64,000 bases of DNA from Vicugna vicugna (GCA_013265495.1 MU058000.1:62001-126000); one strand, 5' to 3'; shown: positions 25,811 to 37,807, counted from the first letter of the stretch. Notes: generated from the sequence alone by a model not told the origin. Numbers and translations are program-made.

Positions 25811-27644
25811 AAGGAATACTGGGGAAAAAAAAAAAAGGATATGTATTTTCCTCACAGAAAACTGATCTGTCCTCAATGGAATCTATCTCATCGGTGGGTT
25901 CACATGTAGTTAAAATTTAAAAATGAGCAATGACCACCACTGTTAATTTAGAACAGTCAAACTAACCTCACAAAAGGCTTCTCCAATGGAAAAAATGGAA
26001 AACTCTTTCCACGGTACACACTGGCTTTACGGCTGTGGTCTTAGTCAAAGCACATAGTGAACCTTGGCCAGCAGCATGAGGTCTCTCAAGCTTGCAGCTG
26101 TTGGGAGGAGGCTGCTCTGCCAGTGACTCTGGGCAGGAAGTTCCTCGTTAGAACTGATGCATCTATTTTATTCAGCTCAGAGGAGAGAAAACAGGCAAAA
26201 ATCTCAAGATTTCTCCAAACTTCTTTTAACTGCCCGACCTCCCCAAAGCCACCATGTTAGATGGCTTTGCTGCCATGGCTGCTTGACTTCTGGTAACTGA
26301 CAGCTCGAGGTTCTGTATGATGGCTAAGCCATAAATCACACCTACATCTTCACTCACGATGGGTTTAATGACAGCATAAATAAAATAACAATCCATAATG
26401 ACACACAAGCACAGGGCACTCAGACTGAAAAATATCTGAAATAAGGCCACTTTGCATCCTGATCCAAACTTCCAGAAAGCTGTCCATAAAGAGCTTTAAG
26501 GATTAGTGTAATTTTCACCAGAAATAGGACTTTACAGTGCACATCAAGTTCAAAGGGCTTCTCACAATGCTGCTTTCCAGGACCCTGCATCAGATAAAGG
26601 ATGGAGTGCCACCACAGTTCCTTCTTTCAAGCAAACAGTTTAAAATATGTGTTGTTGAAGGCAACACAGCTTCCTCTGTGTTCCTATCATTTTACAGAAC
26701 TCCTGCCGTCTTTCACTCCCTTATCCAGCTACGTGCTCAGCAATAATGGACAAACAAAATCTAAACTAGCATTACCACTACCCTAGGGATAACTCTGAAT
26801 GAGAGTTATGCAGTATGATCTGATAATAGCTGGCTTCAAGAGCTGAAAAAAAAATCTTGTAAAGGGGATATATTAGAAATTTAGATTTTAAAACCTATGT
26901 GCAACGTGACACACATTTTGGGAATTGCTCTTTTGGCTTTAAGGAAAAAAAAAAAGGTGATAGAAGTAGAAGTAGGAATACTGCTTTAAAAAACAGCCGT
27001 GCATCATCACACAAGGATGAAGAGAAACAATCTTGTTTCACTAAGTGAAGCCTCTCACACCTGGCTAACGGATCAGTCCACTTCATTAGAAAAAAAACTT
27101 CAGTGTTTCACATGTTAATCTCACTAACTCTTTACTGTGCCATTTTCCTGATGTCCTGAAGGGCGTGAACAGGATGAGGGGGCAGGCCTGCAGCCCACAG
27201 GCTGGCCCAAATCAAGGACACTTAAGCTCCTTCCAAGAATCCTTGAGGAAATGACTATGGATCCCAGGGCAAGAAATGAGACCCATTTGGAAGGAAAAAA
27301 TACAACCAATTGAAATATACCGTTTCAAGAACAAAGAGAGATGCATTATCTTAAAGTACAAGTTTTCCACATTATCGGCCAAGTGTTTGGGCCTTTTAAA
27401 AGGCTTTTGAACCCCTGGTGGCTTCAAATGATTCAGAAATACAACCGACTAAATTGAAACATTCGTAAGAAAAAAACAAAAAGAAACTAATTTGATGGAA
27501 GACCTGATACTACAAAAGTTAAACGTATCCTTTGTCACCGGCAAAGCCCATTAAGAATTCCAGGAAGTAAAACCAGTATCTGGGTAATAAAGTCTAACCT
27601 TTTTTTTCTTCCTTGGTGCTCAGTCTAGTTTCACTTGCTCTTAG

Positions 27645-28010
27645 GGTACCACGTCCGGAGGCCTCGCATCCCGAGCTTCGGACCGGAGTTCCCAGTGCCA
27701 AACGGCTGCACCCAGGAACTCAGCTCAGCTGGCCGTGTGCGGCAGTGCTGCGCACCACACTGTGGTCCAAGATGGCTGTGGGGGCCGCGAGAAGAGAGGA
27801 TGCACCAGGCCGCGTGCTCTCGCGAGAACTCTGCGCCTCCCCTCCCCACTGAGGAGACCCGGATGACGTAGCCCCGCCCACAGCCCGTGGGGTGAGGGTA
27901 AGGGATGTGCCCTAGAGCCTCCACACCGGTCCATCCTCTGCTTGAAGAGTAAAGCATCCCTTTGATTCTGAAGCAAACTTTGGTCTCGTTCTGTTGGCTC
28001 GAACGACACT
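27645..28010. promoter_or_regulatory. Small CpG-rich island with housekeeping-promoter motifs
   Basis: Dense CpGs in a CpG-poor window. YY1 CAAGATGGC 27768-27776, palindrome TCTCGCGAGA 27818-27827, CRE-like TGACGTA 27864-27870, GC box GCCCCGCCC 27871-27879. Confidence 0.75.
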
Positions 28011-29853
28011 GAGCAGAAGGCCCCTTGCTGGGGATGGACTCTGGAGGGTCGGTAACACTTAATATTTTCTTTAAACCATTCTTTAAGTCAGAATTTAAAG
28101 GAGACTGTCAATTAGTGATTAATGAGCATATAATACTTATCCTCCTTTCCCTCAGAATAAGACACTTTATTACTTTTAAATTATAACATCTGAACTATTG
28201 GTAGTTAATATCCACTTACTTTGTTTCAAAAAAATATTGCTCCAAGCCAGTATTCTGATCTTTTATTTCTAGTCACGTATATAGCCAGGATGACACAGAG
28301 CTCCAATATTTAAGGATAAACGGTAACTTCTGTTTCTGTTTAAATAATGCCAGCCAAAATGCTTTACCAAAGAATAAAAAACGAGAGGGCGTCAAGTCAC
28401 AGTAATCTCTGGAGAGACAACAGAAACAGTGTGGGCATGAACGTCCAGCATCTGCCAGTTAGAGAAAAACATTCACTTTAGGGAACGGCAAGTATGCAAT
28501 GTCAACACCTTAAAACATAGCAAGTTACTGTTAGAATTACAGGTGATAAATGTTGTACTACAGTAGCACTTTTTTTTTCATATTCCCACCTATATGCTCA
28601 AAAACATAAGGCTTTTACATTTTGAAAGGTAGAGGTCATAAGATTATGTATTGTTTCAACTGTCCATCTGAAAGGGAACGAACATGCTGTTGTGCTTAGA
28701 AATCCAAAATACTCCTGCAAAGAGTAAGGCAGCAAGTTCACACCCACAACTGTCTCATGGCTTTGAACCACATCAGAGGCGAGCTGTGTTATGGAAGAAA
28801 AGATACCCAGCCACAAAGTACTCCTGGGCACTCAACCATGGGAGTAGTCAAGGACACATGACATTCAAATCCTTTTCTTAAATGGCTGGCACTGAAAGAC
28901 ACGCAGGTGCCACAAATCCAGGACGAGTCAGCTCCTTTGTTGTAGATTGTAGTGGTATCAGACTCCATGGTCAACAGTAGAGGCTGACTTGGTAGAACAC
29001 TGAGTGACTTGGGTTTGGTTTGGATTTGGGTAGGCACAGGGGTGGACAGAGCAAGAGAGGCTAAGATGGGACTGAAGAGGTTAGAATTTGAAGGTCTGGC
29101 TGGTTTCACCAGAATAAAGTAGATTCGTGTACTTTGCTACTAATCAAAAGCAAGGGAGACTTCTCTGAAATTTGTCTGGGGACTCGCAATCAAAGCTCTT
29201 CTTCAAGATGTAAGCACTTCTCCTAACCTTAGCTTAGATGTGTCGTGTTTTGTATGGAAATGAAACTAAATGGAATCTTTCATGGTTTAAATTTTTTTTT
29301 TCTCAAATAGGGATAAGCTGATATGTTTTTACTGCTAAACATTTGAGAGCTTAAAAGTTGAAAGATAGAACTATTTTTATGTCATACTTTAAAGCATGAA
29401 ATGCCTTTAGATACAAACTCTCTCAAATTTACTTTCCAGCTTAGTTTTGATCCAAGAAAACCAGATGCTTTTCTGAGGACAGCTTCCTCATTTGAAGGCC
29501 ATGAAAATCACAAATTTCCTTTTTTGTTTTGTTTTAAATTGAGAGCAAATAGTAGGACAGTTTGAGACGGGGTTGTGTAAGAATCTTGGAAAAGGAATAA
29601 ACTTACTCGATGCTCATTCACATTCTTGGCTACCATATGATGTGTAGCTGGGTTTATGGTATAAATCCTGAATAAAACAATTTGAGCCACTTACCCCTTC
29701 CTAAAAAATGATTTGCTAAGTAAATATATCACCTAATTATATGTACAAATTTGGTCCCACGTAAAACAATTATTTATAAGTTTCAGTACAGATTAGAGAA
29801 AATGTAATAATTACTGATCCTAAATATAAATTTTTTTATGATTAAAAGTTGCT

Positions 29854-30018
29854 TTTATTATAGACTACATTGGAGGAAGAAAATGTTCTTTTACACAATT
29901 AGCTTTCCATCTGCTGTCTGATGCCTCTCGAGGATGCCCTGAATAAAGCTGGGTTCCTGATGTTGGTTTTGCACGAGAGAACCTCCTGAGACATGCCTCT
30001 GGAATCTCCAACCCTGCG
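29854..30018 (-). other. Candidate alternative terminal exon: (A)QGWRFQRHVSGGSLVQNQHQEPSFIQGILERHQTADGKLIV* plus AATAAA
   Basis: Long polypyrimidine tract and cccAG (30019-30020); phase-1 open frame to TAA at 29891-29893; AATAAA at 29854-29859. Confidence 0.45.
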
Positions 30019-30282
30019 CTGGGAGCAAGAGAGAGGGAGACAGAGAGGCAGAGACAAGGAGACCCTCATTCACCCGCACAATGATTTATAAGTGACTCTG
30101 AAAAAAAATTCAATCTGAATCTCAAGTAAACAAACATGTTTTTGTAGCTCAGGAAAGAGAGCTCTCGCCTGCTTGATGACAAGCCTTCGATGCTCCCACG
30201 CCAGCTCTGTTTCATCACGAGGCCAGAATTCCTGTCCTGATCATGTCTGTCCCCCTGTTGATAGTGCTCCTGGTGTGCTTAC

Positions 30283-30498
30283 CTTTCTCTTCTGACGTCT
30301 CACTCTCTGAGTCACTCATTTCTACGTCAGGGATATACCTGTCATTCTCACTGTCAGATTTCAACTTGCTTTTCGCCCTTTCCTTGGCTGGAACTCAGCC
30401 TCCACCCAAATAGGGGCAGTCTCAGTGCAGGTGGCAGGCCCCCTCCTGGGCCTCCTCTACGTGCTTTACATGCCACTGACCCAAGTCTCAAGAATGTA
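30283..30498 (-). other. Candidate alternative or decayed CEP128 exon. Long form is 216 nt with 3 in-frame TGA; short open form is 30283-30387 ([34 protein letters not shown])
   Basis: Strong acceptor tttttcttcattttccacctttcaactgtAG (30499-30500), weaker internal acceptor gttccAG (30388-30389), consensus donor AAG|GTAAGC. Both lengths (216, 105) are multiples of 3. Confidence 0.5.
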
Positions 30499-32299
30499 CT
30501 ACAGTTGAAAGGTGGAAAATGAAGAAAAACAGGCTTAACTGGTTTTCTTAGCTAAGTAGGTAAGCACTTTTAAATCCACATAACCTTTAAATCCCAATGC
30601 CTTATGTGCGCTATTTTGTTAAGCTATAGATTTCTACCTCTCCATTAGTGAAAATCTGTAAACTATCACAATAAGAAGGAAAAACTGGTGATTCTGGGAA
30701 ACTGGATGCATAAGATGTTACATAACCAACCTTCAAATCAGACATTAGTCAAGGCAATAATAATGACTTTAGCCAATGAAAAAACATCAAGCCAGATTTC
30801 TCCCAGCTGTGTTTCTCCCCTCTGTGGCCTTCAGTAACTTTAATGGAAGTTTAGTATATTTAGGGAGAAAGATGGCCAGGAGAATCAAAATTATTAAACC
30901 AAAAAGGTCAATCTTCAAGTTACATCTTGGACCAGGACCACTGCAAGAATAAGGGTTATCCCTTCCAATGTCCTAGTGCTACAAGCAACACGGCTGACCA
31001 GCCACAGCTCAGATGGGGCTGGTATCACGCATTATCGTGCCAGAGGGGTGAGCAAAGGAGAAACGGTTGCTGGCTTTGAACTGAATCAAGCTATTAATGT
31101 TTCCTTAGCATTCCTTTTGATTTCCAATTCAAGCTTATGGCGACTGCAAGAGATAGGAAAAATCCTCAGAAGAGACAGGTCCTTGGATGTAATTCCACAT
31201 AAACAGAGGGCCAAGGAATTTTGACAAAATTGTTGCTCACAAAAAAGTTGACTTTGCCTTTGAAGTTCTTGTGTGTTTCATATTTAAAGTCACACACCTT
31301 CATTCATCTAACAGTAGCATAGGGCCTTCAATAATATGATATAATTTTTTTTCAGCTTAAAAAAGGTCTTTTGTAAGATCCTTCTCCATTCTGTTATAAA
31401 ATCATCAGCTAACATGTTTTCAGGGATTTGCCAAATACGTAATCTGAGTAACCTTCAACTTTCAGGCCTAACTGGCCTGATGTAATTTTTTTTAAATGTT
31501 GTGCTAATAATGGTTTAGATCAGTTCTTATCAAACAGAATGGACTGCGTGAAGTCCCTACTATCACATTAAAGGGAAAACTATTCAAACTTTATCTGTAG
31601 GATTTAAATACAAAACTTGTTAATTTTCTCCCTGATTTTCTTCCCAGTTAGTCATTTAGATCCAAGGAGATATAATATTACAGTATTGGTCACAACATCA
31701 ATGAAAATGCTGACATAACTTCTCAGTCCCCCAGGTATCACGGCAGAGTGATACAAGGTACGTGGGACACCAGGGCTGCGAGGTGCTCCTTCAGCAAGGG
31801 CCACTCCCCCCAAAATCTCTAGTGCTCATTGGCACATTAACAGCTGGAAGTCCTGAGGTTAGACAAAGCCAAACCAAACCTGCTTCTTGTCCAATCTAGA
31901 ATTTCTCCAGCTAGCCTGAACACATCACTCATCTTTCACTTAACTCCCAATGCCGAACAAACTTTGAAACATGCACACCTGTTTTTATGTCTGTTTTGCT
32001 TCTTAACACGACTGGTTGATAGCAGGAACTCAGTAAGGTATCTGGAATGAATAAATGACAAAATGCATGGCTGCACTACCAGAGGCTGTACAGATTGCAT
32101 GTGGTAAATTTTTTTTGAAATAAAACATCTCTGTCTTCTGTAGTTACTATTGCATTCAAGTTCAAGGAGAATGCTATCTCTTCTGCACACTCAAATATGG
32201 TTAAGTTAGGGAAATGTATGTTGAGTGACACAGAAGCATCTTTATGAAATATGAGAAATCTAACAAGTAAGTAGATTTTAATAAACACAAAATGCAATG

Positions 32300-33281
32300 C
32301 ACATTACAAAGGTATTGCTTTATTGTCCTTGTCTCTGTTCAGAACCTTTCTATCATGACCCAGTGGGATTTAGCATTTAATAGAAATCTTTCTCCACTGG
32401 TAGACCAGCATATAACGAGGATAAGTTCTTAAAAACACTTTGATGTTGAGAAACGGTGAGTTGTTGACAGCAGACAGTACCAAATTATATTAGAACTCTT
32501 GGCAGATAAATCTCATAGACACAGGAGTTTGGTGCTGTGATTTTGCTCAGAGTAAACCAAAGATGGTCCAGGATATGACTGGAGAGATCACGGTGGGGTA
32601 TTTGGCCACAAAAGACAAATAAATAAATTGTGCTATGAATTCTTTACAGCTCTACAATTCAGATATCATTTGTAAATTCTTTACTGCTATAAAAAATGGA
32701 CGATTGGAAATAATTTTAAGATATTGCATGTAGTAATAGACTGCTGAGATGATGGATGTAACAATCTTGAGCTTTTATAAAGTGGACTGTCTAATGTTAT
32801 ATCTGCATATCTCCATGACATGTTATAACACATGATAATTTATGAAGGAGAAAGCATAAAAAAAATCAATTGTATATAAACGCTCCCTGAATTTAAAAGT
32901 GCTGGCCACTTCTGCCTCAAGGGGAACTCATTTTCCTTCTTTTTCGCCAGTAATTTTTGAAAGACCTCAATTATAAATCCAAAGTGTGGTCAGAAAAATG
33001 TGACTGACCACACCTGAAAAAGGAAAATGCAAAGTGAAAAATAACATTCTTTCTCTGCTGGTGTAAGTTGCCAATAAGTTAGCTGCATGTCATTCATGAG
33101 TTGATATTATTTGGATTGGTTTAACTTATATCATCCACCAAAACCAACTGCACTGTTATTTCAGTCAGTGTTTGGCCACGCTGACGAGCAGAAGCTGCAG
33201 TGTGTCTGCTCGACAATCCGGGCCAAATCCGGCAGGAACAGTGACGCTGTTATCTCAATAACACGCATGTAAAGCAACTAA
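32300..33281 (-). other. CEP128: CEP128 3'UTR (approximate end)
   Basis: Repeat-poor sequence running from the stop codon to an AATAAA that is followed by a GU/U-rich tract. Confidence 0.65.
32319..32324 (-). terminator. Poly(A) signal AATAAA of CEP128
   Basis: Plus-strand tttatt. On the minus strand it is followed by tgtaatgtgcattgcattttgtgttt, a GU-rich downstream element. Confidence 0.65.
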
Positions 33282-33409
33282 TTACATTTTGCTTCTTTTG
33301 CTTTCGTACTCTTCCTTTCTGGACTGTGGACTTGTTCCATCCATCCGTAAACTTGCGGCATCTTCCTTGACTGATGGTGAATCTGGAGCAACTGTTCTTT
33401 GGGTAAATG
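33282..33409 (-). CDS. CEP128: CEP128 terminal coding exon (128 nt, phase 1): (S)FTQRTVAPDSPSVKEDAASLRMDGTSPQSRKEEYESKRSKM*
   Basis: Acceptor ttttctcctaccttgccAG at 33410-33411; phase matches the 40446 donor; TAA at 33282-33284. RTVAPDS...KED...GTS.Q..KEEY is as recalled for the CEP128 C-terminus. Confidence 0.92.
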
Positions 33410-33739
33410 CTGGCAAGGTAGGAGAAAAGATAAAAATAAACCTAGATGAATATGATCCCTGGCAGACACAATTGTAAGGAATCATGGGATTTGATCTAGT
33501 TTTCTGTAAACTTTACACGGACTAACAGATCTTCAGTGCAGGAATAAAATAAAATAAATAAATAACATAGAAAATCTTAAGGGCTTCCTTTTTATGGAAT
33601 CTTCTCTTTAGCACAATAGGAAACTGAGACTAGATCTGGAATCTAGGTTTATTGTTCTTCTACTGCCGGTTTCCAATCTTGTGATGCCTATATCTATGGG
33701 AAACCCTCCGACCTGACTTCTAACCTCTGAGGCCTGCCC

Positions 33740-34585
33740 ATCCCTTTCTCTTCATCTTGGAAAATAATATACTCATCCACCCAGGTTCTCAAACCTTGGT
33801 TCCTTCCTTCCTTGGGCCTGCCTGCTCGACCCATCCAGTTTAAGAGTCAGTTCTGAGGACTCCCCAGTTCACCTGAGTCCATCTCCATTGTCATTGTTAT
33901 CCCAGCCCAAGCCACCATTTTCTCTTTTCCTGTTTTCATCTTTCCCCCTTCTCCACCCCTCAGCCAGAATTTTATTTCTAAAAGGTAAATCAGGTCTCCT
34001 GCATTTACCCCCTCACCTCCCACCCTCCCCGTCCCATGGCTTCCCAAGGAACTTAGAATAAATCCAAACATCTGATGGTGGCTGATGGCTCCACTGGGAC
34101 CTCCTCTCCTACCACTCGCTTTCTATCACTCTGTCTCCCTCTCTCACTCACTCTCTCCCTCACAGACTCTCTCCTCTCTCATTCACCCAGTCACTTTCTC
34201 CCTCCCTCCCTCCCTCCTCCAGGGTTCCCTGGATCCAGAAGGCCACACTCGGTCCTTCCCTGGAGGCTTTGCACATCCCGCTCCCTCTATCAGGACAACT
34301 CTTCCCACTGGGTTTTAGCTCAGCTGGTCCTTTTTGCCATTCATGTTTCAGCTCAGTTGCAACTTCATGACCACTCATACAAAGTAGCAACCCCAGTCCA
34401 GGCACCTCCTATCACTTCCCCTTTATAGCATCAGTCCTATGCAAAGTTATTTGTCTTTTGCTCACTACTGTTTCTTCCATGAGATAAAGTGACCTTTCTA
34501 GTCTTGTTCACTACGGTATCCCTCAGAGCCAAAGAGCCTCGTGCACCAGCCTCTTAGTAAATGCTGCTTGAATAAGTGAATATAC
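33740..34585 (+). mobile_element. LINE-2 fragment
   Basis: cccaagccaccatt...acttagaataaatccaaac...ggctttgcac...gtcttgttcactacggtatccc...cttgaataagtgaat. Confidence 0.8.
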
Positions 34586-35052
34586 TTAAGGGATTTTAAA
34601 AAGATCGTTGGGGATTTTCTAGTTGCTTTCTCCATACCTTGTCAAATTGCAAAAATCAGAACTCATTTATTTTAAAAATACCCGGCGCCTAATTGGTCAG
34701 TGAAAAGATAGTTACCAAAAAAAAAAAATCACTATCATAAAATGAATCTGTAAAATGGAGAGACAGAAAGGTGGTGCTTTTATGAAATAAATCAATCCTC
34801 TAAAGGACAAGAAACAATTTTTGCCCCTATCAGTACCCCAACATTTTTATTGCCATTAATCTTTGGCATTTTATTCTATAAGTTTGAGGATGAACCACAT
34901 AAGAAGCAGCTATGAACAGTAAGCCCGGGGGGTCCTGAAGTACAACACAAAAGTGAAAAGAGAGTGCTCTTCTTGCTGTGGATAAATTCTGTTTCATCAG
35001 AGGGACTTAAACTCCCACTAAAGGAACCTCAAAACACAAATTAAGAATACTA

Positions 35053-35058
35053 GTGCTC

Positions 35059-35098
<40 letters not shown>

Positions 35099-35159
35099 TA
35101 GATTAGCATGGCCCCTGCGCAAGGATGACACGCAAACTCGTGAAGCGTTCCATATTTTT
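35053..35159 (+). pseudogene. RNU6: Full-length U6 snRNA retropseudogene, antisense in the last CEP128 intron
   Basis: GTGCTCGCTTCGGCAGCAC...GCGTTCCATATTTTT with two differences from canonical U6 (A47T, T85C). A-tail, TSD AAGAATACTA (35043-35052 and 35176-35185), TT/AAGA L1-type cut site. Confidence 0.97.
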
Positions 35160-36329
35160 AAAAATAAAAAAAAAAAAGAATACTAATTTTTTTTCTTTTT
35201 ATAGTGATGTAATCTGAGGTAAGGAAGTAAAAAAAACTTTCATTGATTTGCTTTTCTAAGAATATCAGTAAGTTAATATGTAAGATTCACTTGCAACTCC
35301 TAAAGTAATCCTCAGATAACATGATGCCCCGCCATGAAAAAAATCACAGTCCTTTCTTTGGTGGATTTTTTACTGAAATAAACATTAGTTACAACAGTGT
35401 TAGAATTACAGAAGAATTGCAATCTGTATTTATTTTTAAAATTGAGTTTAGAGATACCAACTTCACTAACATTTAGCGTTTGACTCTCAAAGAACTTGAG
35501 ATTTCGAGAAGTCATCAGTTTACTCCAGACCTCATTCAAATCCAGTTTGGTCCTGGCCCATGGAGTGAAGGCCCTGTCCTGAAGCTGTGTTCCTTTAGCC
35601 TAAAAGGAGCTATACATGGAGACTAGTGGTCAGTCACTACTTATAAAAAGTAAAAATGACAGTTTCAAAAGCTGGCATTATGAGTCTCTCTTACTAAGCC
35701 CCCACTGTCTACGGGCTGCAGGTAATGGAATCCAAGCCTTCTAAAAGAGTGTCCTGAATCACGGCCATAGCTTCCAGGCAGCCAGGATAAATTTGGTAGT
35801 GATCATGGCTCTAAATAATGGATTTCTGTGTTCCTATTTCCAATGGTAATATAAACTTACAATTTATACATTTCTTCCCTTCTTCCTGGCAGGAAGAATC
35901 CACCTTTTCTTGAATTGACCCGAACGACACAAAGCTGACATAAATTACTAGTTAAAACAAACTTTCATTAATGCTGGATCATTTCGGAGACCACAAATTA
36001 TGCAGTATTTTCCCATTTCCTTTGTTTTTTCCATGGTCAGTGATTCTACACTTTCATTTGGTCACAGTTTTGACAGGGCACCTAAGTCAGCAGAACGGAT
36101 GCCTTAGCGTCCACAGCACAGACAAAAGGGCCTCATCCAGTGCAAATCCCACCCTAAGAAGGAGCCCGTTCTGTGGGCTCAGACCCTCGTGTCTCTCTCA
36201 GCACCTCCGTTCCTCCCCACGTCTCCGCACACGTCTCAGCTGCTCCAAGCTCTAACTCCCAGCCTTCGTGCAGAAGTTAGCAAGAAAATCCAACACTTGC
36301 TAGTCAGACATAAAGCGGTGGTTTCCTTC

Positions 36330-37800
36330 ATAGGCTTTTATTTTTATAAGATCCCTTTTTAGCCAAAGTGTACATACATGCACCTATCAAACAGCACCAA
36401 AGGGCCACCCAGGAAGACGCCAGTCTCTTGCTCTGTCCCTCCCAAGCCCACACTCCTGCCCCCTTGGAGTCAACCACAATCAACTCTTTTAGCTTTATTT
36501 TCTGTATTTACTTCAATTTTTGCAAGAAAAAGAAGCTTATATTGCTATTTTCTGATTGATCATTTTTAGACGTATCCACACCCATCCACATCCACTCACC
36601 TAGCCTCCCTATGCAGTCACAACTGGACTTGCAGTTAGGTCAACAGTGAGTATTTATATTATTATGACTAGGTGACTATGGCTCACATAAACCTAACAGG
36701 TCTACTACGACAATGTTTCTTTTCTTTCTCACTTTTTTCCTGGAGTTATTAATTGACCCTTGTTTTTATTTTTGTTTTTGTTTATTTACTCCTTCCCAAT
36801 GACCATCCTCAGTTAGATCTGCCATGTGTCTACTAGTAGTTTTTTGACATGCTTAACTGAATCAAATAATCTATCAGTTTTTTGCTTATTTCCCAAGGAT
36901 TTTCTTGATGGAATTTTTCCTTTCTTCCTTCACTATGAGACAACTGAAGAACACGCGTGTCCAGATTAAAAGCCCCCTCCCCGCGCCCAGCAAGTGGTTA
37001 GAAAAGTGAATAAAACAAGACCCACAGGGAGGCCTATCATCACAAAACTCACTGGGGTTAAAGATACAATCCTAGGAGTTTCTGGGGCCAGGGGTGAGGG
37101 GAGGTAGTGGTGGTGAAAATGATCACTTCAAAGGAAGGGGAGTCAAAACAAAAAGACATAAGGTTTTTCTACAGCAACACTAGATTTTAAAAGACAATTG
37201 TGCAACGACTTCAGAAGGAAAGTCCTTTTTAACCTAGAATTTTATAGCCAGCCAAAGTCTGAGTCAAGTGTGAATGGAAGAAATCCATTTTCAGAAATAC
37301 AAAAACTGAAAACATTTACCTCCCTTTCTTGGATGTACTTCCACAAAAGAAAGAACTGAAACCAGCAGAGGAAGGCATGGAATCCAAGAAACACAGGCAT
37401 CCATCCACACAGGAAGAGGGGGAAGAAACATCTCAGGACGACAGCTGTGTAACGGCCACCTGTTGGGTGAGTCCCTGTCACCTGCCTACCTCTGTTCTTT
37501 GTCTTGTTTTCTTTGTTCTCTTACCCCAGGACTCACTAATCAGGTATTGTCCTTCTTCCTCTTTTTCTGAAAGTCTTCATTTTATTTGTTTTTTTATTTA
37601 AGCACCTTTATTGTGGTATGGTTCCTGTACCATAAACTACACATCTTTCAAATATACAATTTGATGAATTTTGATAGGTGTAAATACACCAATGAAACTA
37701 CCACCACAATCAAGATAGCTAACATTTCCATCATCCTACAAGAGGTGCAATTTTCGAATTCCCAGTTTATCTTTCCTACTCCCTTTACCCCCTAGTAACC
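36330..37800. mobile_element. Cluster of old L1 (L1M/L1ME-type) fragments in mixed orientation
   Basis: e.g. tagaattttatagccagccaaagtctgagtcaagtgtgaatggaag (ORF1-region-like) and aatatacaatttgatgaattttgata...ccaccacaatcaagatag (antisense 3'UTR). Confidence 0.6.
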
Positions 37801-37807
37801 GTAAGTT

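Noticed and set aside
27613..28009. Four overlapping 78-108 aa ORFs, including AAGATGGCT (MAVGAARRED...)
   Set aside because: Stop codons are naturally rare in GC-rich DNA. The ATG is the core of a YY1 motif and its frame closes after 26 codons with no donor.
30283..30498. Selenoprotein reading of the three in-frame TGAs (tempting given that the selenoprotein gene DIO2 is recalled as a neighbour)
   Set aside because: The associated terminal exon leaves only ~30 nt between stop and AATAAA, too little for a SECIS, and I saw no SECIS-like hairpin. CpG decay or a poison exon is simpler. SECISearch and Cys alignment in orthologues would settle it.
35053..35159. Functional U6 gene
   Set aside because: TSD and A-tail show retrotransposition, no PSE/TATA is evident upstream, and the ACAGAGA box is mutated.
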